From Ignavibacteria bacterium (GTDB taxonomy: Bacteria; Elusimicrobiota; Endomicrobiia; PHAN01): a stretch of 63,083 nucleotides of DNA. A program made the position numbers and the translations under genes. How positions within the stretch are numbered: position 1 is the first letter of the stretch; the number at the start of each line of letters is the position of its first letter. Location: the NCBI GenBank assembly GCA_041694835.1, contig JBGFRZ010000054.1, forward strand, positions 1-63,083, written 5' to 3'. Of the stretch, positions 36,200 through 45,231 are shown piece by piece. The notes under the pieces are model-generated. The model was not told the DNA's origin. It did not search any database and was given only the letters and a program-made list of their open reading frames with translations.

Positions 36200-37468
36200 A
36201 TGAATAAAATTGGAGAGTTTACATTGCGCAAAACATGTCGATTTTGCCAAGGCACTAATTTATCTAAGTTTCTTGATTTGGGAATCGTTCCTTTAGCGGG
36301 AGGATTTCTTAGAGAAGAGGATTTTGATCATGAAAAATATTATCCACTAACTCTTAACTTCTGTAGAGATTGTAGTCTCGTTCAAGTTGGTGAGGTGGTC
36401 TCTGGCGATGTTCTGTTTAATGAAAGTTATTTCTTCCATTCTTCAGCCATAGGAACGTTAGTTGACCATTTCAAGAGATTTGCACAGGAGATATATAATC
36501 GTTTTCTGAAAAATATTAGCCAACCATCAATTTTGGAAATTGGATGTAACGATGGTGTCTTACTCAGACCTCTTTATGAACTTGGAGTTTGTACTATTGG
36601 TGTAGATCCTGCCCCTAACGTAGTTAATAAAATTGATTCTACAAAAACCACGGTCATTAATGATTTTTTTACAGAGAGAATTGCAAAGCGAATAAAGGAA
36701 AAGTCAGGAAACGTTGATGCTATTTTGTCTAGTTATTCATTTGCGCATATTGATGATATGGTAGATGTAATGAAGGGTGTAAAAACTTTGCTAAAAAAAG
36801 ATGGGGTTTTTATAGTTGAGATTTATTATTTGGGAACCATTTTGGACGGCATGCAATATGATATGATATACCATGAGCATATGAGTTATTATTCCATTCA
36901 TGCACTTATGGCTTTTTTGAAGCAATATGATATGGAGATTTTTGATGTAGAGTTTATCCCTGGTGTTAGGGCAGGTTCAATTAGATTTTATGCAAAAAAT
37001 ATTGGCCAGAGGGAAGAAAGTATCTCGCCAGCTGTTGTCGAAATGGTTAATAATGAAAGAGATAAAGGTTATAATAATGTTGATATTTATAAAGAATATG
37101 CCAACAAAGTCGAATCTACCAAGAAACAAATTATAGAATTACTGGACAGTTTAAAAAGAGAAGGCAAAAAGATTATTGGATATGGTGCATCGGGGAGGGG
37201 GACAACTATCATGAATTATTGTGGTATTGATAGAAAGTATATTGATTATATAGTTGATGATGCACCGGCAAAGCACGGTTTTTTTACACCGGGCACTCAT
37301 TTGCCAATTAAAACTTGGGATGCCATAGATCAGTTAAATTTGCCCGATTATATTGTACTTTTTGCGTGGGCATTTACTGATGAAGTTTTAAATAAGAGAC
37401 GTGATTATATTAATCGTGGCGGCAAATTTATACTTCCGCTACCTAAAGTAAAGATTGTGTCTAAATAA
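36200..37468 (+). CDS. Nucleotide-sugar C-methyltransferase (Zn-ribbon N-domain, TylC3-like)
   Basis: CRFCQGTNLSKFLDLGIVPLAGGFL...CRDCSLVQ, ILEIGCNDG and a C-terminal C-methyltransferase-type domain. Confidence 0.75.
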   Translation: MNKIGEFTLRKTCRFCQGTNLSKFLDLGIVPLAGGFLREEDFDHEKYYPLTLNFCRDCSLVQVGEVVSGDVLFNESYFFHSSAIGTLVDHFKRFAQEIYNRFLKNISQPSILEIGCNDGVLLRPLYELGVCTIGVDPAPNVVNKIDSTKTTVINDFFTERIAKRIKEKSGNVDAILSSYSFAHIDDMVDVMKGVKTLLKKDGVFIVEIYYLGTILDGMQYDMIYHEHMSYYSIHALMAFLKQYDMEIFDVEFIPGVRAGSIRFYAKNIGQREESISPAVVEMVNNERDKGYNNVDIYKEYANKVESTKKQIIELLDSLKREGKKIIGYGASGRGTTIMNYCGIDRKYIDYIVDDAPAKHGFFTPGTHLPIKTWDAIDQLNLPDYIVLFAWAFTDEVLNKRRDYINRGGKFILPLPKVKIVSK

Positions 37469-37499
37469 CTGAATTTTATTAACGGAGAGGAGAAATAAA

Positions 37500-38582
37500 A
37501 TGAAAGTAATGACAATAATGGGAACGCGGCCTGAAATGATCAAAATGTGGTCAGTGCTAAAAAAATTGGATGCGCTAAACTTTAACCACATTATGGTGCA
37601 CACAAATCAAAACTTTACAAAGGAGTTAAGAGATTTCTTTTTTGAAGATCTCCAATTAAGACAACCGGATTACAATCTTCAAATCGACACAAGTTCATAT
37701 GGCAAAGAAGTCGCCGATGTCATTCGTAAAAGCGAAGAGGTGTTTCTGAAAGTAAGACCTGATGCACTGATCATTTTAGGGGATACTTATAGTGGTCTCT
37801 CAGTCCTATCTGCGGCAAATTATGGTGTTAAAATCTTTCACATGGAGGCTGGCTTGAGGGCTTGGGACAAACGTATGCCTGAACAGAAAAACCGGATATT
37901 AATCGATCATATATCGGATATCCTATTGCCTTTTAATAAATATCACAGAGAAAATTTAATAAGGGAAGGGATTCATCCTTCAAAGATCTTTGTAACAGGT
38001 AACCCTACATTTGAAGTGATGCGCGCTTTTCAGGGGAAAATCGAGCAGAGCAATATATTGGCAATTCTGGATATAAAACCAAAACAATATATTGCCGTTA
38101 CTGCGCACAGAAAAGAAAATGTTGACGACATAGAGTCACTACAGGCTATTTTTAAAGGATTCTCGTTAGTGAGTAAGCGATTCAATAAAGAAATTATTTA
38201 CCCAATGCACCCGCGGACCAAGAGCAAGATTGGGGATATTATTGCTTCAAATGGTGTGAGAATCATCGAACCGTTAGGTTTTTATGATTATAATTATTTA
38301 ACTAAAAATGCATTTTGTCTTCTTTCAGATTCAGGAACAACCCCTGAAGAGGGTTTATTTTATAAAGTTCCTTGTGTTAGTCTGCGTAAAACAACCGAGC
38401 GTCCGGAAACCGTAGAAGCTGGCGCTCATATTGTGGCAGGGCTCGAACCAATTGACATTGTTGATTCTGTGGAAACTGCCGTAACTATGCAGTGGAGTGC
38501 TAGTTATGATTTTTGCGAGGACACGAGTCCATCCTCAGTTGTAATCAACGTATTGAGAAGCAAAATAACAAATTACTTTTAA
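37500..38582 (+). CDS. UDP-N-acetylglucosamine 2-epimerase, non-hydrolysing (FnlC/CapG/WecB-like)
   Basis: IMGTRPEMIKM, HMEAGLR and SDSGT.PEEG. Confidence 0.85.
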   Translation: MKVMTIMGTRPEMIKMWSVLKKLDALNFNHIMVHTNQNFTKELRDFFFEDLQLRQPDYNLQIDTSSYGKEVADVIRKSEEVFLKVRPDALIILGDTYSGLSVLSAANYGVKIFHMEAGLRAWDKRMPEQKNRILIDHISDILLPFNKYHRENLIREGIHPSKIFVTGNPTFEVMRAFQGKIEQSNILAILDIKPKQYIAVTAHRKENVDDIESLQAIFKGFSLVSKRFNKEIIYPMHPRTKSKIGDIIASNGVRIIEPLGFYDYNYLTKNAFCLLSDSGTTPEEGLFYKVPCVSLRKTTERPETVEAGAHIVAGLEPIDIVDSVETAVTMQWSASYDFCEDTSPSSVVINVLRSKITNYF

Positions 38583-38605
38583 CCTACGACTTGGAAGGCA
38601 CAAAG

Positions 38606-39811
38606 ATGAATGTACTTCTTTTAACACTTGCTTATCCGGAAAACGAGGAAGGTCGCAATATATATACTGATTTAATGCAAGAGTTTCATTCTCGGGGAGA
38701 TAATGTGTATGTTGTATGCCAGCGGGAGCGCCGTTGTAACAAGCCCACCGAATTTAAGGAAGAAAATGGTATTACTATACTTCGTGTCAAAACTGGAAAT
38801 ATAACAAAAACAAACATTATTGAGAAGGTTATTTCTACCTTGTTTATAGATAGAATTTTTATAAACGCAATTAAAAAAAATCTAATGCAAATAAAATTTG
38901 ATTTATTACTTTACTCTACTCCGCCCATAACTTTTGAATCTGTAGTAAAATATATTAAAAGACACAATAGATGTAAGACATACTTGCTTTTGAAAGATAT
39001 ATTTCCACAAAATGCGGTTGATATTGGCCTGATGAAAAAAGGTAGTTTAATATGGCGTTATTTCAGCGCCAAAGAAAAGAAGCTTTATGCAATTTCAGAC
39101 CATATTGGATGTATGTCTGATGCCGGTGTTAAATACCTATTAAAACATAATCCTGAAATCAATCCCCAAAAGGTTGGGGTATGTCCTAATAGTATAAAAC
39201 CTGTTCCTTCAAAGGATGGTGATAGCAAAGATCCATCAGTATGGAAGAAATACGGAATTCCACAAGATGTTGTTGTTTTTCTTTATGGTGGCAACTTGGG
39301 TACCCCTCAGGGGATAGAATTTTTACTTGAAGTTTTCAATTATGTAAAAAATAGAAAAGACATATTTTTTTTAATAGTTGGTTCTGGTACTGAGTACGAT
39401 AGAATAGAAAGATTCCTTAAAAAAGATTCTTATCCGAATATAAAACTTATTCAGTTCTTACCACGGATAGAATATGATCGCTTTTTAGAAAATTCTGATG
39501 TAGGGCTTATTTTCCTTGATAGGCGATTTACAATACCTAACTTCCCCTCACGATTGACATCTTATATGGAATATGCTTTACCGATCATTGCTGCTACAGA
39601 TGTTATTACAGATATAAAAGATGTAATACAAGAATCTCAATGTGGATTGTGGATTGAAAGCGGTAATCTTAAAGAGTTCATAAAGGCAGTTGATAGTTTA
39701 GCAGCTAACCCAATTTTACGCCGCCAACAGGGCCTCAATGGCCGTAGATATCTTGAAAAATATTATACCGTTGCAAGAGCATACGAAATTATTACTGCTC
39801 ACTTTAAGTAA
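38606..39811 (+). CDS. Family 4 glycosyltransferase (WbuB-like)
   Basis: GT-B fold pattern with the E(X7)E region near the C-terminus. Start at ATG 38606. Confidence 0.7.
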   Translation: MNVLLLTLAYPENEEGRNIYTDLMQEFHSRGDNVYVVCQRERRCNKPTEFKEENGITILRVKTGNITKTNIIEKVISTLFIDRIFINAIKKNLMQIKFDLLLYSTPPITFESVVKYIKRHNRCKTYLLLKDIFPQNAVDIGLMKKGSLIWRYFSAKEKKLYAISDHIGCMSDAGVKYLLKHNPEINPQKVGVCPNSIKPVPSKDGDSKDPSVWKKYGIPQDVVVFLYGGNLGTPQGIEFLLEVFNYVKNRKDIFFLIVGSGTEYDRIERFLKKDSYPNIKLIQFLPRIEYDRFLENSDVGLIFLDRRFTIPNFPSRLTSYMEYALPIIAATDVITDIKDVIQESQCGLWIESGNLKEFIKAVDSLAANPILRRQQGLNGRRYLEKYYTVARAYEIITAHFK

Positions 39812-39826
39812 TTATTTTTATATCAG

Positions 39827-40441
39827 ATGAAAAATAATTTTTATATTTCTTATGGTAAGTGTATCTTTGATATTTCTTTTGCTTTTTTACTGATTATTCT
39901 TTTCTTGCCATTCATTAGCTTAATTGCGCTCCTTGTTCGGTTTAAATTAGGTTCGCCGGTTTTATTTAAACAAATTAGACCGGGTTTAAATGGTAATCCT
40001 TTTATATTATACAAGTTCAGGACAATGGTTAATAAGTATAATAAAACTAATCAACTTTTACCGGATGAAGATAGAATAACCCATTTTGGTTTGTTTTTGA
40101 GAAGTACTAGCTTGGATGAACTTCCTACAATTTTTAATGTTATTAAAGGTGAAATGAGCATTGTTGGTCCTAGACCGCTGTTGATGGAATACCTCCCATT
40201 GTACAACCACGAGCAGGCCCGTCGTCATGAGGTAAAACCAGGAGTTACAGGATGGGCTCAAGTAAATGGTAGAAATGCGATAAGTTGGGATGATAAGTTT
40301 AAGTTAGATGTATGGTATGTAGATAATCGGTCTTTCTGGCTGGATATTAAGATCCTTTGGATGACCATCATGAATGTCATAAAGCGAGAAGGGATAAGCC
40401 AAAAAGGACGCGCAACAATGGAAAAATTCATGGGCAGATAG
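39827..40441 (+). CDS. Small polyprenyl-phosphate sugar phosphotransferase (PglC/WbaP C-domain type)
   Basis: LFKQIRPGLNGNPFILYKFRTM, DELPTIFNVIKGEMSIVGPRP and GVTGWAQVNG. Confidence 0.88.
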   Translation: MKNNFYISYGKCIFDISFAFLLIILFLPFISLIALLVRFKLGSPVLFKQIRPGLNGNPFILYKFRTMVNKYNKTNQLLPDEDRITHFGLFLRSTSLDELPTIFNVIKGEMSIVGPRPLLMEYLPLYNHEQARRHEVKPGVTGWAQVNGRNAISWDDKFKLDVWYVDNRSFWLDIKILWMTIMNVIKREGISQKGRATMEKFMGR

Positions 40442-40507
40442 CTTATAGCCGGACTTTATTCCGCATCGCAACATAGACAATTTTAATAGATAGAAGGTAA
40501 AACTCTA

Positions 40508-41353
40508 ATGCCAAGATGCCCTGTTTGTAGAAGTAATAAATTTATCGTGAAAAAAAAGACCAATTGTTTTGATTTGGGAGTTTGTTCGGATTGCGGTTTG
40601 GCATTTGCAGATCCATTAATTCGGGGTGCGAACGATGATGTAGGGCAGGCAAACTCATCAGTTACAAGTAATCACTACTATTCATCTATTAAAGAAGATT
40701 ATGATAAACAGTGTTCAATTGCGATTAATAAATCCGTTAGAATGCTAAATTATTGGAGCAATTTAATGGGGAGAACGCCCCAATCAATTCTTGATATAGG
40801 ATGCGGAACCGGTGCCTATTACATGGGTTTTAATAAATTGAATGTTGATTGGCATGGTATAGATGTTAATAAAGATATGGTGGATTTCTGCAAATCGCAT
40901 GGTGTCCCGGTTCTAAATATCGATATGACGAAGGACAGGATTAACAAGAAATTCGATATTGTATTTTCTTCACAGGTGCTTGAACACGTGTTTGAACCCA
41001 ATCTTTTCTTGGAAAGTATTTGGAATCTATTATCTGATAATGGCCTTTTACATATGGATGTTCCTAATCATGAATCACTAATGTCCCTGTATAGGAGGCT
41101 GAATATATTTAGCAAAGAGTACGGTTTTTTACAGCCAAATCATCATTTAATCGCATATAATAAGAACTCTCTGTCCCGTCTGCTTGAAAAGAATAGATTT
41201 AATATCCTGCATCTGGGGGCATATCCAAATGATCATAATATTATGGGACAGCTTTTAGTGCAAAAGTCTCCGTTGTTTAATATTGTATTACGGATTTCTA
41301 AAGCATTAGGACGGAGTAGTTTGTTAGTTGTAATAGCAAAGAAGCGTTTTTAA
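40508..41353 (+). CDS. Class I SAM-dependent methyltransferase with N-terminal Zn ribbon
   Basis: CPVC...CSDCG and ILDIGCGTGAY. Confidence 0.7.
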   Translation: MPRCPVCRSNKFIVKKKTNCFDLGVCSDCGLAFADPLIRGANDDVGQANSSVTSNHYYSSIKEDYDKQCSIAINKSVRMLNYWSNLMGRTPQSILDIGCGTGAYYMGFNKLNVDWHGIDVNKDMVDFCKSHGVPVLNIDMTKDRINKKFDIVFSSQVLEHVFEPNLFLESIWNLLSDNGLLHMDVPNHESLMSLYRRLNIFSKEYGFLQPNHHLIAYNKNSLSRLLEKNRFNILHLGAYPNDHNIMGQLLVQKSPLFNIVLRISKALGRSSLLVVIAKKRF

Positions 41354-41359
41354 CTACTC

Positions 41360-42343
41360 ATGATTAATTTTAATATACTTTTTACAAGTGCAGGCAGAAG
41401 AGTTTCACTGATACGTCATTTTAAGCATGTCCTTCAAGATATGAGATTAAACGGGAATATAGTGACTGCCGATATGCAGAAGAATGCGCCCGCTTCGTTT
41501 ATTGCCGACATTCGGGAACAGGTACCACCGGTAACATCTCCAGAGTATATCAAAACATTAAAAAAGATTTGTCTCAAATATAATATCAAGTTACTGATAC
41601 CTCTGATAGATACAGAACTTATCCTGCTTGCCAAACATAAGTATGAGTTTGAACAGCAGGGGACTGTTCTTCTTGTGTCGTCACCTGAAGTCAATGAGAT
41701 TTGTTTTGATAAGAAGAAAACATATAGATTCTTCATGGATATTGATGTAGAAACGCCGAAGTTATTTGATGTTCAGCAATTACTTGACAATCCTGCTACG
41801 CAATATCCACTTCTCATTAAACCATCCGACGGGAGTGGTAGTATCGGTGTGATTAAAATTAATAACGAGAGAGAACTTTGCTTCTTTAAAGATTATATTA
41901 CTAATGCCATTATTCAGGAATATATTAAAGGAGAAGAGTATACTATAGATATATTGATTGACTTTGAAGGAAAGGTGCGTTGTGTGGTTCCTCGTCTACG
42001 CATAGAGACGCGCGCTGGTGAAGTAAGCAAAGGAATGACTGTGAAAAACCAATTTATAATAGAAGCTGGAAAAAAAGTTGCAGAGGCACTCCCTCATCCA
42101 CTTGGCTGCATTACGCTTCAATGCTTTTTAACAAAAGCCGGTATTCTGAAATTTATTGAAATAAATCCACGGTTTAGTGGCGGGATTCCACTTTCAATTG
42201 CTGCGGGTGCTGATTTCCCACGCTGGATTATTGAAATGACACTTGGAATACGACGAGATCTTACTATAGATGGCTGGCAAGATGGAGTTGTCATGCTGCG
42301 TTACGATGATGCGGTTTTTATAACGAAAGAAATGATTTTATGA
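41360..42343 (+). CDS. ATP-grasp domain ligase
   Basis: PLLIKPSDGSGSIGV, EYTIDIL and the FIEINPRFSGG ATP-grasp pattern. Confidence 0.75.
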   Translation: MINFNILFTSAGRRVSLIRHFKHVLQDMRLNGNIVTADMQKNAPASFIADIREQVPPVTSPEYIKTLKKICLKYNIKLLIPLIDTELILLAKHKYEFEQQGTVLLVSSPEVNEICFDKKKTYRFFMDIDVETPKLFDVQQLLDNPATQYPLLIKPSDGSGSIGVIKINNERELCFFKDYITNAIIQEYIKGEEYTIDILIDFEGKVRCVVPRLRIETRAGEVSKGMTVKNQFIIEAGKKVAEALPHPLGCITLQCFLTKAGILKFIEINPRFSGGIPLSIAAGADFPRWIIEMTLGIRRDLTIDGWQDGVVMLRYDDAVFITKEMIL

Positions 42344-43017
42344 TTAAAGCCATTGTTTTTGATTTGGATGACACCTTGTTTCCTGAAAAGGAATATGTTT
42401 TAAGTGGATTTCGGGCAGTTGATGAATGGATTGCTACCAATTGTTTTGCTACAGGTTTTTTTGAAAAAGCGGTGCATTTTTTTAATAAAGGAAATCGCGG
42501 TAATATATTTAATTTGACTCTCAACTTTCTTGGAATACCTTACGACGAGATATTCATAACTAAATTGATAAAGATTTATCGAGAACATAAGCCACGAATA
42601 TCTTTGTATGATGATGCATACTGGGTCATCAATTATTATAAACAAAAAAAACAACTCGGGATAATAACAGATGGATATCTGATTACCCAGAAGAATAAAA
42701 TTCAAGCACTCAAAATTGAATCATTTTTTGATACAATAATCTATTCTGATGAATTTGGGAAGGATAATTGGAAACCCAGCCAGTTGCCATACCTTAAAAT
42801 GATGGAATCTTTAGGACGCTCGGGTAATGAATGTATTTATATTGCCGATAACCCGGATAAGGACTTTATTGCTCCAACGAATCTTGGTTGGAAAACAGTA
42901 TGGATTAACCGTAATTCAGGTGAATATTCTCATTACATTCCCAAAAAAGGATATGGTGCCAAGTTAAGAGTTTCTTCATTGTTTGAGTTAAAAAAATGCC
43001 AATTATTGGAAAGATAA
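42340..43017 (+). CDS. HAD-family hydrolase
   Basis: IVFDLDDTLF (motif I) and ITDG...; IYIADNPDKDF (motif IV-like). Confidence 0.75.
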   Translation: MIKAIVFDLDDTLFPEKEYVLSGFRAVDEWIATNCFATGFFEKAVHFFNKGNRGNIFNLTLNFLGIPYDEIFITKLIKIYREHKPRISLYDDAYWVINYYKQKKQLGIITDGYLITQKNKIQALKIESFFDTIIYSDEFGKDNWKPSQLPYLKMMESLGRSGNECIYIADNPDKDFIAPTNLGWKTVWINRNSGEYSHYIPKKGYGAKLRVSSLFELKKCQLLER

Positions 43018-43029
43018 ATAAGAAATAAT

Positions 43030-44244
43030 ATGAGTTCAAAATGTCTGGCTATAAATGGAGGAACCCCTGTTAGAACATCTTCGTTCGCGCCTTGGCCATA
43101 TTTTGCCAAAGATGAAATTGAAGCAGTTACTTCGGTTCTTAAATCAGGCAGGGTCAATTACTGGACAGGAGAAGAGGGGCGTTTATTTGAAAAAGAATTT
43201 GCTGCTTTTACTGGTTGCAACTACGCTGTAGCACTATCTAATGGTACAGTAGCATTGGAACTTGCTTTATATTCCTTGGGGATAGGTCCGGGTGATGAAG
43301 TGATTGTGTCCAGTCGCACGTTTATAGCATCTGCCAGTTGTATCGTAATGCGTGGTGCTAAACCCAGAATGGCAGATGTGGATGCTGTAAGCCAAAATGT
43401 TACTACTGAAACAATAGAGAAGGTCTTAACTTCTAAAACTAAGGCCATAATAGTGGTGCATCTTGCCGGGTGGCCGTGCGATATGGACACTATTACCAAA
43501 TTGGCCAGAAAATATGGTCTAAAAGTCGTTGAGGACTGTGCCCAGGCACACGGAGCAACTTACAAAGGAAAAATGGTCGGTTCTCTTGGAGATGTTGCCG
43601 CGTTTTCATTTTGCCAGGACAAGATAATGACCACGGGTGGTGAAGGAGGGATGCTGACGACCAATGACCGGAATTTGTTGGAAAAGGCGTGGATATTTAA
43701 AGATCACGGCAAGCGTTATGATGCGGTTTTTAATAAACAGCATTCCGCTGGTTTTTGCTGGCTGCATGAATCTTTTGGTACTAACTGGAGATTGACGAAT
43801 ATGCAATCAGCCATCGGCAGGATTCAATTACATAAACTCTTTAATTGGACCAAAATACGGCAAAGAAATGCTTCTATCTTGACAGAGCATTTTTCAGGCA
43901 TCCCTGCCCTGCGAGTTACACCACCTTATCCTTATATTGGACATGCTTATTACAAATATTATACGTTTATCCGTCCTGAACGATTGAAAACAGAATGGAA
44001 TAGAGATAAAATTATAGCCGCAATAAATGCTGAAGGGATACCATGCTTTGTTGGTAGTTGCAGCGAAATATATCTGGAAAAAGCATTTGACATCAATAAT
44101 TTACGTCCAACAAAAAGGCTTCCAATAGCTAAAGAACTGGGTGAAACAAGTATGATGTTTCAGGTTCATCCGACATTATCAGAGAAAGATATGTTGGAAA
44201 TTGTAAAAGCGGTAGAAAAGGTAATGGCAGTAGCAACCGGATAA
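43030..44244 (+). CDS. DegT/DnrJ/EryC1/StrS-family sugar aminotransferase (PglE-like)
   Basis: AAFSFCQDKIMTTGGEGGM, with the PLP lysine present. Confidence 0.88.
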   Translation: MSSKCLAINGGTPVRTSSFAPWPYFAKDEIEAVTSVLKSGRVNYWTGEEGRLFEKEFAAFTGCNYAVALSNGTVALELALYSLGIGPGDEVIVSSRTFIASASCIVMRGAKPRMADVDAVSQNVTTETIEKVLTSKTKAIIVVHLAGWPCDMDTITKLARKYGLKVVEDCAQAHGATYKGKMVGSLGDVAAFSFCQDKIMTTGGEGGMLTTNDRNLLEKAWIFKDHGKRYDAVFNKQHSAGFCWLHESFGTNWRLTNMQSAIGRIQLHKLFNWTKIRQRNASILTEHFSGIPALRVTPPYPYIGHAYYKYYTFIRPERLKTEWNRDKIIAAINAEGIPCFVGSCSEIYLEKAFDINNLRPTKRLPIAKELGETSMMFQVHPTLSEKDMLEIVKAVEKVMAVATG

Positions 44245-44325
44245 ATCTATTTTTCGCCGTGTAAGACAATTAAATAAAGTTATGGTGGTCGGGAAAAACT
44301 GGACCAAATTTGAGGCTGACTTAAA

Positions 44326-44826
44326 ATGAAAAAAACATTAGAGGTTATAAACGAATTAAAAAAAGAAAGGCTGATAAAGGACTATGCTATTGGCGGCGCG
44401 ATAGGTGTAATGAAATGGGTTGAACCTTTCTTCACCCGTGATTTAGATATATTTGTGATTCCGATACAGCAAATGACTAAAAAACAAATAATATCATTTC
44501 TTCCAGTATATAATTACCTTAAGAATAAAGGATATAATAAATGGATTGGTCAATGGCTTATTATTGAAGGCGTATCTGTTGAATTCCTACCTGCTGAAGG
44601 TTTGGCAAAAGAATCTGTAAAGAATGCTGTAGAAGTAGAATTTGAAAATGTAAAAATAAAAGTGATGACTCCCGAGTATTTAATAGCCCTGTTGTTGATA
44701 GCGGGAAGAGATAAAGACATAAGAAAAATAGAGATGCTTTTGAATCAGACAGATGTAGATATGAATAGATTAATGAAAATATTGACAAAATACAATTTAA
44801 CTGAGAAATTTGAAAAAATCAGATGA
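44326..44826 (+). CDS. Hypothetical; possibly nucleotidyltransferase-fold (MNT/AbiEii-like)
   Basis: YAIGGAIGVMKWVEPFFTRDLDIFV resembles a GG...DxD NTase motif. Weak. Confidence 0.35.
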   Translation: MKKTLEVINELKKERLIKDYAIGGAIGVMKWVEPFFTRDLDIFVIPIQQMTKKQIISFLPVYNYLKNKGYNKWIGQWLIIEGVSVEFLPAEGLAKESVKNAVEVEFENVKIKVMTPEYLIALLLIAGRDKDIRKIEMLLNQTDVDMNRLMKILTKYNLTEKFEKIR

Positions 44827-45008
44827 AAATTCTTATCAAAGATAATGAAGTAATAACATTGGAAGAGTTATATAGAAGAAAAGAGAAAACACGCAAAGAA
44901 ATGGCAAAACTTCCATTTGAAGAAAAAATCAGGCAGCTTGTTAAACTACAAAAACTTGCACACGGTTGGGGAAACAAAAAAGATGTAATTATTTGGAAGG
45001 TGTCTTGA
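44823..45008 (+). CDS. Hypothetical 61-aa protein, translationally coupled (ATGA overlap) to the upstream ORF
   Basis: Four-nt overlap with 44326..44826. No recognisable family. Confidence 0.35.
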   Translation: MKILIKDNEVITLEELYRRKEKTRKEMAKLPFEEKIRQLVKLQKLAHGWGNKKDVIIWKVS

Positions 45009-45181
45009 TGAAACGATTATTTGATATTGTATTTTCTTTTGTGGGGCTTATGGTTTTATCACCGCTGGTTTTGTTAACTGGTATTTTATGCTGGTCGAAT
45101 ATTATATGCTTTATTAAAAGAACATTTAGGACATACTACATTGTTTTTCATACCACCATTTTAACATATTTGGTGGCTTAA
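45008..45181 (+). pseudogene. N-terminal remnant (~27 codons) of a second polyprenyl-phosphate sugar phosphotransferase
   Basis: MKRLFDIVFSFVGLMVLSPLVLLTGIL is the typical PF02397 N-terminal TM helix. The sequence then degenerates. Confidence 0.6.
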
Positions 45182-45231
45182 AATGATACTATACTCTATA
45201 TAATTAAAACAGTTAAAGCGTTTTATTGTGG

